This document shows, piece by piece, positions 10,601-23,643 of a DNA stretch of 64,000 bases (the stretch's first letter is position 1; each line of letters begins with the position of its first letter). The position numbers and the translations under genes are program-made. Origin of the DNA: Stylophora pistillata (lineage: Eukaryota); contig NW_019218244.1 of assembly GCF_002571385.2 (NCBI RefSeq), forward strand, positions 62,001 through 126,000. The letters run 5' to 3'. The notes under the pieces were generated by a model. That model did not search any database. It saw only the letters and a program-made list of their open reading frames with translations, and was not told the origin of the DNA.

Positions 10601-12668
10601 GAAGCAAACGTCAGCACCAGCGCAGTACGGTTTATTCAATAGTATATCATCCTTGTCGTGTTCNNNNNNNNNNNNNNNNNNNNNNNNNNNNNNNNNNNNN
10701 NNNNNNNNNNNNNNNNNNNNNNNNNNNNNNNNNNNNNNNNNNNNNNNNNNNNNNNNNNNNNNNNNNNNNNNNNNNNNNNNNNNNNNNNNNNNNNNNNNNN
10801 NNNNNNNNNNNNNNNNNNNNNNNNNNNNNNNNNNNNNNNNNNNNNNNNNNNNNNNNNNNNNNNNNNNNNNNNNNNNNNNNNNNNNNNNNNNNNNNNNNNN
10901 NNNNNNNNNNNNNNNNNNNNNNNNNNNNNNNNNNNNNNNNNNNNNNNNNNNNNNNNNNNNNNNNNNNNNNNNNNNNNNNNNNNNNNNNNNNNNNNNNNNN
11001 NNNNNNNNNNNNNNNNNNNNNNNNNNNNNNNNNNNNNNNNNNNNNNNNNNNNNNNNNNNNNNNNNNNNNNNNNNNNNNNNNNNNNNNNNNNNNNNNNNNN
11101 NNNNNNNNNNNNNNNNNNNNNNNNNNNNNNNNNNNNNNNNNNNNNNNNNNNNNNNNNNNNNNNNNNNNNNNNNNNNNNNNNNNNNNNNNNNNNNNNNNNN
11201 NNNNNNNNNNNNNNNNNNNNNNNNNNNNNNNNNNNNNNNNNNNNNNNNNNNNNNNNNNNNNNNNNNNNNNNNNNNNNNNNNNNNNNNNNNNNNNNNNNNN
11301 NNNNNNNNNNNNNNNNNNNNNNNNNNNNNNNNNNNNNNNNNNNNNNNNNNNNNNNNNNNNNNNNNNNNNNNNNNNGCACTATCTTTTCGCAGCCTCCGCT
11401 CATTTCATTCAAACGCGACAAAAACTTAGGCAATTTTTTGGTCAGAAGTTCTTTTCAGACTAATGAGCAACCAGGCACTTTTAAATGCGCTCGTGCACGA
11501 TGCAAAACGTGTCCTTTCATTCACAACACTGATAAAATATCGGGACCTAAACGATCCATTAAGATCACCGATCACTTCACGTGCACCTCCGCTAATGTAA
11601 TCTATTGCATAACTTGCACTTATTGCAAAAAGATATACATCGGCGAAACAGGCAGAAGACTAGGTGACCGATTCCGAGAACACCTTCGAGACGTGGAAAG
11701 GAATGACAAGGACACATCGAAACCAGTCGCTAGACATTTTAATTTACCTAATCATTCTAAGCAACATATGGCAATCTGCGGTCTTTCCTTGCACTTAGGT
11801 GGCACGGAAAGCCGTAAAAATCTTGAACAAAAGCTCATCTTTCAAACCGGCAGTCTAAATCCCACAGGGATCAATGAACGCTTTTCATTCCACTAATTTA
11901 TTCATGTTTTTCTCGTTGCCATGCACCCACCAATAACGTAGCTCCATTTTCTGCCTTTAAAAGCACACACAACCCACAATTCCTCTATTCGCTCCGACGA
12001 AGGGCTAACGCTCGAAACGTCAGCTTTTGTAATCATTACGGTGGCCAATTTACCATTTCAACTTTGTTGATATATCCAAATTATTTCTTTCATTTTAGTT
12101 TGGGGCTAGTACATCCGCCCCTGTAGTTAGCAAAGGGAAAATTCAGAAATTTCTTCATTCAGTTCTCAATTATCCAATTTTCTCTTCGAAAAATTTTTAG
12201 ACTTGAATATTTTGGGATTTTTCGTTTAAACTTAGCCTACGATCTAGTAGACACGAATTCCTCTTCCTTTTGGGGGAGAGCATCTACCCAGTAAGCAATA
12301 TTTCCTTTATCCCCGTGTCGCTATTTAAATGAGGATTTTATCTTTAACAATGATTACACTTTTACATACCGTTGTAAGTCAGTCCACCACTGAGCCTGAT
12401 AACAATTGTTGCTCTCCTGAGAGTATGGCTGGTCAACAGAGCAACATCTAGCTGCCTTAATTACACCTGGTCCTGTTTCTAACAGGGCACCATACCCCTC
12501 GCTTCTCAGTCCATTGACATAGTAGACATTATTCGCGCATTGAGAAGTAGAGTCACCAGCGATTGCAAACGTGCTGGTCCAGTCTTCATTTCCACATTGA
12601 CCTCTCGTTGGATTGCTCCATGTTAACAGCAACAGTAATTGGAGAATCACAATAATAAGGACTTGCAT
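7621..12668 (-). CDS. Secreted Cys-rich protein, copy A (~249 aa): signal peptide + three-repeat biomphalysin-small-lobe-like domain + TSP1
   Basis: Exons 12370-12668 (MQVLIIVILQLLLLLTWSNPTRG|QCGNEDW...), 8948-9222, 8323-8497 (DGGWSNWGAWNPCPVTCGG...RFRMCTNP, TSP1) and a terminal exon from 7621 that completes the stop TG|A. AATAAA at 7513-7518 (minus strand). Phases are consistent and the structure is conserved in the paralog. Confidence 0.85.
10248..10283 (+). ncRNA. Minimal hammerhead-ribozyme-like motif in the PLE pLTR; second copy at 11990-12025
   Basis: CCGACGA-AGGGC-TAAC-GCTC-GAAA-CGTC. The core deviates from CUGANGA by one U>C change. Confidence 0.6.
10408..10592. repeat. 37-bp minisatellite, 5 copies, inside the PLE
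   Basis: Unit TTTATCAGTTGAGCAAGAAGATAGCAGCTAACCTTCC at 10408, 10445, 10482, 10519 and 10556, with no spacers. Confidence 0.95.
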
Positions 12669-15600
12669 AGTTGTCAATTTTGGATCTGAATTTAGTTTCA
12701 GAAAATGTTGAGGGGAAAATGTGAGAATGGTAGAACAAAACAATAGAAAAAGCACTAATAGCTTTTACCGAGCAATTATCAATTTTTTTTTCTTACCAGC
12801 ATTTGATTGTTATCACCAAGGAGTTGCAAACGATGCCAAAATTAAAGCTCTTTGGGTAGGGTCCCTTTTGCTCCCTCTAAGCATCATATTACTTCGCAAA
12901 CTGTCACACAATTTGCGAAGTTTTGTTTTTAACTTTGAGTTCTCATTTTCTAACACTGGAAAAAAAAAATTCCTTTTCCTGAGCTAATGGCCCAATATCA
13001 ATTACTATTAAAGAAATATAGGAGAGACGTTTGATAGATTCTTTCTTCGTTGCGTGAGAATATACTTGACATTCTTGATTTCCTCGAATACGAACTTATC
13101 TTCCGTAAGGTTGGGCTAATAAGGCTTTGTTACCGGCCACAAGAGGATTTAAAGACCGGATTTTCTTGGATTTTGAATGCTTTCCCGTGTCTGAAAATTT
13201 TTTCGGGTCAGTATTTTAGGTGTAGTCAGTCACAGTTTTCCCATCATCACATCCTCTGAGGATCTGTTCAGTAGTCCGCGCAAGAGACTCCCGATCAATA
13301 GTCTACCAGATGAAACGGACCGCTCGTATTCGAGCATCTGTTGCATGACAGCAAGTAAACAATACCGAGAATTCATTCAACAGCGATTTCGTTAAATTTT
13401 GAGTTTCAGATTTAAATAAACAACGCCGTTGACAGAGTTTAGTTGTGCACAAATTCAAGAGTGCGAACGATTCCGTTCGCCACGCTACTTTGAACCGCCG
13501 AAAAAAAGCAATCTAAATGAAATGAAAACGATAGAAATCATAAAGTAGTTTCTTGTGCAATCACACTTCCCCTAAAAACCATTAGTGCACGGAATAACTT
13601 GACTTCTTAGAGAAAAACAACATTTATTAAAAGAAACTCAAAACCTGGCGAACTACTGAGCTGATCCTTCATCCCATTTCTTTTTTCCTTTCATATGTTC
13701 GAGGTGAAAGCGTTCACTTGAAATTGTAAACACTGCCAAGTGACGAAAATCTGACTAAAACTAAAGCGGTACCTTCCCTATTTCAAAGTGGATTTGGTGG
13801 ACTGATAGAAAAAAATCCGTACTCACTAGACAGTAAAAAAAAAGATCGAAACGTTTTGAAATCATAGCCATCATACCTATTTCAGAGAAGTCTGAAATGT
13901 TGTCTTCAGCCCCTTAGTAAGTTAGTTTTAGATAACAAGATCAAAATATTATCTATAAATAAAGTGGAGAGAAGTAATCCGTACCGGTAAGGACACGAGG
14001 TATGGCAGAAGACAAGCAATGTTTGAAAGAAGACCTGGATGTTCTTGAGCTTCACTTGGCTTACGATGTCAGTGAAATCGAAACCAAGTTTCTTGAATTC
14101 TTGGCGTGTGGGCGAGATTTTAATCACAACTGGCCAAGCCTATGATGTAGATCATTCCTGAGGATAAACACAGCAGATTAGGATGCATTATCATTACAAG
14201 CTCCTTTTCGCCCATTTTACAAATGACAGACAGCGCATAGATGACTCATATTTGACCACTGGATTTTAGGTGACAAATTAAATATATCTTCGCTTATATT
14301 AAAAACTGCAATTGATCAAAGGCAGAAGGTAAGTAATTTGGACTATTGCCTTTAACAAGGTTACAACCATCCTATATAACAGCTGAAGGCTTTTACGAAC
14401 TCAGCTGCCTATCTTTGAAACATCTGGCTTCATTTCATCGATATATTAATTTTAGAGTTCAAGTTTAAAATTGACACGCAAAAAAAACAAAAAAAACTCA
14501 TTATATGTTTTGTCTTTGATTGGTTACAGTTTTTTGGCCACTTTCCCAATCAGGATGAAAATGATAAATAATACCCGGACTTTGCCTGAAGAGGAACTCG
14601 ATTCTTTTTATATAGAAACAACAAAGATTCTATTTACAATTCTTCGTTGTAAACGGTATTCTTAATTAGTGAGTCATGTTAGGAGCTAAATAAAGTAGGT
14701 TTACCCTAACTCTTGACAAGCAGCAGAGGCCTCTACCACACTGTAGATGAGAAGTTTTTTACTTTTACTTTAAAATATGTTACCTATTCACCTTGTTCAA
14801 AAAAAATTGATATGATGATAGTATTCTGGAATTTATCATCCAGCAAACAATATTTTCGGGTCAACTGACTTTGCCAAGACAAGTTCAAGATGTTCAAATT
14901 TCACTGCTTTAATGAATAATTGCACGTTATAAAGTCAAAGGAAGTCTCGCCAACATTAGTTGTGTTGCCAGACGAGCGAAATGAAGTGAAGGTATTTTAA
15001 AGCTTTAAAACTGGCAACGGACAAATTTTGAGGGTATGTCTCTTTCAATTTTAACTTTCAATACCTTTATACTGCATAGTAGATAAGGTTATATTTAAGG
15101 GAACCTTCCGCAAAACACGGAATTAAAAACGCAAACCCCCCTGAGAGTAGCTCTTTAGGTAAATTGTATTCCATAAATTGCACTCATCTCAGCGAATAGT
15201 ATAACCCATCGCATTTTGATCTAATTATTCAGCCGGTGCTCCTTTGGATGAAGTGCTATCTGAACAGCTTCCTACTCCATCCCAGACAGGCCGATTCTTC
15301 GATGGGAACTAAAGTTTTTATTGAAAGCTTTTACAAGAAGTTATTTCCGGCTGGTCTGTTATTGCAATCAAGTTACAGTTTCAAAAAAGAAATTGGCCAA
15401 CAAGGTTACGTTTGGAATAACACTCAATCGTGCAGTGTCTTAGGTGACCCAAATAACAAATTGGACACAACGAAACTAGGATTTTACTTTTTGTCGCTTG
15501 GCATCTTTAGCCTCATGCGCGTGCGTTTACTGGCGGAATTCCCAATCCAGGTGGTTTTCAAAACCGCTCACGAAACTCTCTGTAGTACAAAAACCTCAAA

Positions 15601-17804
15601 ATATAGTTTGTAGTGAGACTTTTACGATATTTTAGCAGCTAGTTTTTAAAACAATTATTGGAACAGGCAAGAGATTCCTTTCTGCTAAGCAAAGACTAAA
15701 ACGAACGGTGCGAGATAGCTATAGCTGCGAACTGGTTGACCTCAGCTCAGCATTCTGACAATACGTATCACCCTTCCTTTAGTCGCTCATGATTTTCTTT
15801 GTCCCTCCATGACCAACAATTAGATTTTCTATTCCTTCCACTGATCTTACACCTGAAACTATACGTTTGGTTTCCCTTTTCCATTTGCTAACATATTATT
15901 TTTTCCTCAAGATCAACAGCCAGCTCAAGAGTTAAATTGAAGAATTAGAGCCAAAACTTTTGTCACGCTTCTTTACAAATTAATTACATATGAATCAACT
16001 TATCAGTAACACTAGTTTAAATACAAGAGTTTATTTAGATTATTGTAATCAGTATGGGGTTTTAAGGAAAAATAATGCCATAGACCCTGTTCCTAACCCA
16101 TGAGTCCTTTCACTTCCACACCCTACCTCAGATAGCGTTCTTGGCTAATCAATTGATCCATCATGAACTGAGTCGCTTTGTAAGCCCTTCTTAACAGAAA
16201 TAACATAAAATTGTTAGATGCAACATGATTCAATAATGTTTCCCAAAAGAAAAAAAGTCGAAAGTTGCAAATGAAGTCATGTATTACGAGAACAAAATGA
16301 TACACAAGGCTTATTAGAATGTTTGCCACAATAACCGACCACAACCATTACACCTTGGTGTCTTTGTTTCGTTCTGTATCGTTCTGCTTTGTTTAAGCTT
16401 TTCTTTTTTTCCCCAACGTAAGGCGGTGAGATAAAGGTTAATAATTTCCGCCTTCACTGCGCCGCCTTGGGGAAACAATAGAAGTTCTCATTCTTGGCAG
16501 ACTATTTCAGAAAAGGTAAACATGAGTATCGGTAATAAAGAGACATTATTTGAATCATCATCTATTGAATCGAAAGCTCCGCAAGACAATTCTAGACATA
16601 ATCGATTAAAGCGTTTATCCCACACAAAATTGCTTTGCTTTGGAAATAGACGCATAAGTTTATCTTGACATCACAAAGATAGTAACAAACGCGAGGCCGT
16701 AATCTCGTCTCACGCTTATGTCTGTTAAGTAACTTTCACCAGACGGACTAAAAGGGGAAAAGCTCCTTTCATCATACGTACTGGGTAAGGTCTACAGGGA
16801 TTTTACAATACGTTCTAGTTGCACGTGTCCCAGCGCGTGGACTGTGATCACCAGATTGATTTCGGCCAATCAAATACGATGATAAGACTAATCTATCACA
16901 AAACGGTGAGTAAAATACCGTATGTTCAATAGACGTGCTTGACGTTGTTTTCTGGGTTGCCCTTGAGTTTCGAATAGACTTGTTTGTTTTTTTTACGCAT
17001 TGATGCTCATTGCATGGTCTTCCGCTATTTTGAGGCTCGCACATGTCTTCCACTGACGAATGACGACACTCGCATAAGTGAGAATTTTGATTACACAGCC
17101 GTTTTTTGGCGAGTATGAATAAACGGTGCTTCTGTCGAACTGTTGATGTTAACGCGTACTTTTCAAGTAAAGGCTGTAGTGTGGGAGCCGGTGGTGCAGT
17201 TTTTCATGGGGACAGATAACCTCCAATTAATTATGTTTTCTCATCACTCAAGCTCGGGAAACACGGTCGAGCGCAAGACATTAAGCCGTGGCTTATTGGC
17301 AAACTTTGCGGAAAAGAACCTTGGCTGTTTCATTTGGCTTTATTTTTAATTTTTGAAGCTACCACGAGAAATTTTTCCACAGTAGGCATGGAACTTTGTG
17401 AGAAGAAATCAGTCAAAACGACGGGATCGGTCATTTAATGATACTATCCGGGAGCTTCACGAAAATAATAGCAGCTTAGGGACTGGTTATGATTTACCGC
17501 CTGCGCATTGGGAAAGGGGTAGGGGGATCGAAGGATTTTGGTTGTGTCACGATAAATTTTTACCTTATCCTCCCTAAGATTCTGTAGTACTCTATTGATC
17601 GTCCTTAGTTGGCATTCAATTTTCGTTGGTCCTCCCCATTAAGCTCCATTAGCAATGATTGATCGCCCTGCCGTTCCTCCGTAAAAGGTGTGATTCCTTC
17701 TGACACCCTCTCCCCCAGCAGAGAGTAAGAGTTTATTTTCATACCTTATTATTCTGGTTGTTGATTTCCCTCTGGCTAGCAAAATGACTTGTGTTTTCCA
17801 ATAG

Positions 17805-20800
17805 ATGGCAGCTACACACAACTCAAAGATTTTATCCTTAACTCTGTTTGTCTGCTATGGCTGTAAGTACTCAATTACCTCTCCTATTTCGCTCTCACAA
17901 GCAATAAAACTGATGATTCAAATTACTATTTATTAAGTTTTCATTTTTAAAGATGCTATAGTTGTAGTCAGGCACGATGATAAATAAAGAGTTTTTGTGT
18001 TGTTACTAACTAAAAAACTTTGGATGAGGACGTTTCGGTTATAATACTATAACCTTCTTCATCAATAAAATGGCTACGAAAGAAAATGCGTGCTTTAAAA
18101 AGAGCCGCAGAAGTGGTGGTATAGATATGTCGACGATAGTCATGTAGGCATTGCTCGTGAACATCTTACAGAGTTCCACTCCCATCTTAACTCAATCAAC
18201 ACATCAAATTTACAGTGGAAGAAGCAAAAGACGCTAGTTTTTATAGTTCCATCGCATTCCTGGACACCATGACAACCAAGAATCCCGATGGAACTCTAAA
18301 AACTAGCGTCTACAGGAAAACCACACACACTGACAAATACCTTCAATTTAACTCTCACCACCCTTCTCAACATAAACGCTCAGTAGCTAGAACCCTTCTC
18401 GACAGAGCAAAGAAAATCCCTTCTACCGACGCAGACAGATTATCCGAAATACAACACGTGGTCGACGCCCTGCCAAAGCACCACTGGGTCTAAAAATCAG
18501 TCTCAAACCAACAGAGGTTTTGTCACCTTGCCATATCTTCAAGGAATTTCAGAAAAAATTGCAAGAACTTTAAATCAATTCAATATCAATGTTGCCCACA
18601 AATCCGTAACGACCGTTGGCTCCTTTTTAAAAAGGACTAAAAACAAATTTAGTGAAGACTCATCGACAAGAGTAATCTATAAAATCAGTTGCAAAGATTG
18701 TGACGGAGTTTATATCGGTCAAACATCAACAGCCTTAAGATCCAGGATTAAAGAACACAAGAGAGCGATTTTCACGGGAGATAAAAATTCTTTATAAACC
18801 CAACATTGTATAAAATACAATCATTTGACCTTGAGGACGTCAAGATCATTGACCGCTGTTCCCAATGGTCGAAAAGATTATTTTTAGAAGCGTGGCATTC
18901 AATTTGTGAACCGAATGCCATTAATGAACACATTTACATTCCTGACATTTAAAAGGCCTTTGGCAATCCCAAGTGACGTTTCTGCGGCTCTTTTTGAAGT
19001 ACTCTTCTGCTTTCGTAGCCATTTTATTGCTGAAGAAGGCTATAGTATTTTAACCGAAACGTACTCACAGAAAGATTTTTAGTCAGTGACAACAAAAAAT
19101 CTTTTGATTAAGTTTCCATATTGCTCAAAAACAATTTTCAAATCTCAGCTGATCTGCAGTCATTTTCTTGGGCGTTATTTTAGTAATGTTAATTGACAGG
19201 TCAATAGGAAAAACTCGAAACCACGAAGCTAAAACATGGGTATTAACTGCAGGAGAGGAATTTATTTATATATTGTTTTCCTTTTTTAAGGGGGGTGCAA
19301 GGCTTTTTTATTTACATGTATCCTCTGATTGTGAGGAAAAAGAGCGACGATAGTGAAGCAAAAAAGAGGCATAGTCGTGTGTCTAACGAGCTAGTGGATA
19401 CGCTAAATATACTTGTGTAAATTACATCATTACTAACCAATTTGGCTGTGTATTCTAACATCAGTACCTTTGCTTGCTTTCCACCAAACTATCAGTTCTT
19501 TGGACAAAGCGTGCTGTAGAAGCTAATAACGTGACTCTGGTAAGGTGAAAAAAACTTTGGATACGGGCTAAGTAGAAGTACAACAGGTTTCATAGGAATT
19601 TTTGTTTATGACCCTTCCCCTTTGTCAAAAAAGGGTTTAGCTTGAATTATGAGAATAACAAAAACAGCCTAGCCTACCCTAAATCATGAAGGGCGCATGG
19701 ATGTTAACAGCATTTGCTTGACCTATTTAATGTGTTCCGGATACTTTTCTCACTCCATTACAAAATGCAAAAATTAAACTAGTTTCATTTTGAAGATCAC
19801 AAAAACTTTCTTTGGTTTTTCAGAACCAAGAGGTGGACGTTAGTGCATTTCGTTCAAGGTATCAAGGTAGGAAAACACAGCATTATTCAAATTCTTTCCA
19901 TGATATTAAGGTATTAATTGGTGCCAATGAGTAAATACTGATGAAACACCTCAAGCAGATGTCAAGATTAATTGATACCGCTAAATGCATGTAAAGACGT
20001 TGAACGTATTTTTTTAGTTCAACAGTCGTTTTTGTTAGCGAAGAAGGTGAAATCATAGCTTCAACTGTAATACAAGTCGTATCCGTTAAGATGTTCTTTC
20101 TATCACACTTTGTAGTAGACGTGGCACTTTGTACCACCTGTTACACTCAGCAAAAATATTTTCCGGCCCTACAGACCCGACGTTCGCTATTGTGGACACT
20201 GCCTTGTTCTTTGGACAGTATTTATACAAAGTCTATTATAGTTACAAAGAGCCACAACCGTGCAACAGCTTATCATAGTTTTATTACAAAGCCTGTGATG
20301 GCAAGTTATTCAAAGTGCGAAAATGTTTTATTACTACTAGTACAGTGCGTCAGTTGTAAAAGAACTATGTTTGGAGTTTCTTCTTTGTGATGTCTTCTCT
20401 TCCAGGCATCTGAAAGCGAAAATTTTTCCAGTTTAAGAAGATGGTCTATCTTCGAGGGTGTCCTGCGCCACACACAATTTCAAGTGTAACTTCCATAGAC
20501 TATATATCAATGGAAAGATTATGAAATGTGCTATTCGGAAAAAATAAGTTCCATTCTTGCTTGTTCCAATCGTATACCGACCGAAGATCGAAAATTCGAA
20601 ACTGAAGGTGTTTCTTTGAGCAAATTAATCGGCTCTCAAATCTAACTAAACAAGTCAAATTTCTGCAATTCTGCACCTCTGCTTCTTTGAAGAAATAACA
20701 AGTCTTTGTATAGACGGTCTTATTTATGACTATTTTTAATGTTTTTCCCAAATGATATTTTAAAGATATTGTGTTGAGCAATGTTTCTGTGTAGGTGTGG

Positions 20801-23605
20801 CTCCGGAAAACACCCTCATGAGCCTTACGTGCCGCTTGCAAAAAAAAAAAACAATAAAAGTCTCTATAGAAACTGAGCCCTCCGCTAGTAAGAGCTTAAT
20901 TTACGGGATTTTTTTTTTTTGTTTTTTTGTTTTTTTTCCTTCTTCTTCTTATTTGATTAGGTAGTTGTGATAGTCTGAATTCAAGATTTTGTCAGAATGG
21001 AGGATGCAGTAATCTGGGGAGCAGATACTACTGCGATTGCATCACTAAATATGGTGGACGGAACTGCGAAATAGGTTGGCAAAAAGTGAACACGTGACAA
21101 GTAGATCTAAATTTGCCCTGTCTCCGCTTAATTGAGATCACAGGTGCCTCAGGGTGTAAGTTCTCGCGACATTAACAGATACATGTAGTTGGACTGAGTG
21201 CTATCCAAAGATATGTTTTTGCATAGGTGTATTAATGGTCTCCAAGAACTCTCCCTCTTTCTCCAGTTTGACTCAATCTAACAATTGTTCTTTTAATGTC
21301 TCACTTACACGTAGAGTGTGATAACTTTCACTGTAGTTCTTAGCGAAATTTCCTTTCATTTCAGCGGAAAATATTTTTAAAAAAATCGCCATTAATTGAA
21401 GTTTTGAGGAATTTTCCTCTGTCAAATCAAAATTTCATGACTTGTTTTAAGTGGCACGCGCGTTCTCATCGACGGGTAGACGGGTTAAAATGAGAGTATC
21501 TGGACACATTTAAGGTGTCATGCTCTATTTGTTTCTCGGAAAAAATTGAAAAATTTATGGCAGACTATTTACCTTTTTCACAGATGCTCATCTAACCATT
21601 CGGAGGTTGAGAGAATTCGAGAAAATGACAAAAATTCTCTTACGCTCACCTAACTTTCTCGAATTTTCCCGTACCCTTGGGCTATGTTAACACGGAAATA
21701 GTCCAGCATTGTTTTATTAGAAAACAGTATTTGTTTTTACGGTATTGACGAAATGTTAGGATTAGCTGTTATGATTAGGCCATTCAACTCTGCGATTCAA
21801 CAGTTTTCTCCTGATTAGTAATCAAGAAATAATTTGAAAGGGGTATTTACAGGCGCCCGTGTTTAATAATATCCTAAGTCAGACTCAATCATTTTGATAA
21901 CATATCAGCGCTCGATTGGTATCCATGTCAAAACAAACCTTGTCTGAACGGAGGAACGTGTCAAGTAGAAGAAGAAGGTTTTCCAGAATGGAAGTTTCGG
22001 AGATACTTCTGTTGGTGTCCGGCTCAGTTTTTTGGACTGCACTGCGAATGGGGTATGTACTATATTCAACTTCCTTTGTTAATCTTCTTTTGTTCCGAGG
22101 TGGTTTTTATTGCTAAAATGAGGCTAAGGCTCCATCTGCTTAGAGGCGGGGACCACAAATGGATGAGGCAACCTGCAAAGCCTTAGTAGAAAACTAACCT
22201 ACGTTTACCGACCTCAATTTCCGCAACCGATAAGAACTTCACCTTTAGCAGAAGGCTGTTAGAACGCGTATCTTGAGGACAACGCTTGTCTATTCCCCCT
22301 AGCTGCTTTAGCTGTAAAATTTTAGCGCTTGGCATTATAAGCTATTGTCATTTTTAACGACGGAAAACTTCTGCTAAAGGTACTTTGCTGTTCAGCAAAG
22401 TCCAAAGTAGTATGGCACTACTGTGGTTTGAAAGCGCGTGAGATCGATACGAATCGATCGAGTCAGTCAGTTCTCCATGTCTCTACGTTCTTTAACACTT
22501 CTCAGTTGAATTTCTTTATGGACGTAGATCTATTTTTGTGTCTAGAGGGATGGGGCAGGTTATTTCTCTCATCTTTAGTTATCTGCCGATTAAGAATAGT
22601 AAGTCGAAAATATCGTTAGATTATGGTGAAGGTGCTGGAATCGCGTAGGCCTCCCCTCGAAGCTTTAATCTCACCCTACATCTTTCTATCTTTTGGTTGT
22701 CTCAGTTGTTCACTAATCATATGAAAGCGATCCAAATCAGGCAAGAAATTTCCTAGAAAGGCGTGCCACCACACCACACCTTCATGTAAACTCAATTAAA
22801 CTTAGCGTTTGACTCTTGGTTCCTTTGGGTAGCAATGAAAATTATCTGAACCGCATACCTCCTTGCCATAATATCTTGAAAGGAATTCTTCGTATTGCAT
22901 TGGATCAGTGTCATGGCACGATCAAGATCATTTGGTCAATCAAAGGATCAAAAAAAAAGAAATGTAAAACCTGCTTATACCAGCTATTATTCTTGTGTAC
23001 CTTAGATAAGTTTCCTTGTCGCCGCAACCCTTGTTTGAATGGAGGAACTTGTAGAGTTGGACCCTCAGTTCCTTGGCTGGTATACACTAACAAGCTTGCT
23101 GAGTATTGCGACTGTCCTGCTCAGTATAATGGTTTTCGTTGTCAAAGAGGTGCGTTTTCACTTGTTTACCCTAATTTTGTTTAAATGTGTAGTAATTTTA
23201 TCCTGTGGCTTTTAATGGTATATCATGGACAAAAACCTGAAAACGAGGATATTTCTCAAAGTGTTTAGCATGCAGGACCTCAAAGATTTTACATAGAATC
23301 GCATGGCTTAAAGTAAACACGCGCTCTGATTGGTCAATACGTCAACCGGAAGAGAGGGTATTTAGCGTGGAATCGCACTAACGCATAAAGCGATATCGCT
23401 GAAGTGAGTCGCGAGCAGTGATTATTGTTACGAATGTAAAAACGTAAATACAACTAGTGCTATGAAAATATGAACAAATATGAACAAATTTATAGAAAAC
23501 GAATGTCTTCCAAATTTTGAATTGAAATTGAAATTTTTAGAAAATTGGAGGAAACCACTCACGCTCAAAAGTACGAGAAAACGCATAGAAAAAAAATTGA
23601 AAAAT

Positions 23606-23643
<38 letters not shown>

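Larger units (their letters stand above)
9714..12082 (+). mobile_element. Penelope-like retroelement (partial tandem with pLTRs) in intron 1 of secreted gene A; spans an assembly gap
   Basis: GIY-YIG endonuclease C-terminus (CARARCKTC...VIYCITCTYCKKIYIGETGRRLGDRFREH...GINER) occurs twice, at 9714-10154 and 11376-11896. A 14-bp TSD ATTTCTTTCATTTT lies at 9700-9713 and 12083-12096. The paralog has the empty site at ~48011-48035. Confidence 0.92.

Noticed and set aside
10636-11433. Long ORFs across N runs (also 38834-39250)
   Set aside because: Artefacts of translating assembly gaps.
12669-12755. Longer N-terminus of ORF 12354-12755
   Set aside because: It starts at a non-ATG codon; the ATG at 12668 gives a signal peptide matching the paralog start at 48603.
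13000-17400. Short ORFs in the intergenic regions (also 49000-54200)
   Set aside because: No recognisable domains, no coherent splice chain and no conservation between the duplicated units; a small unrecognised gene cannot be excluded.
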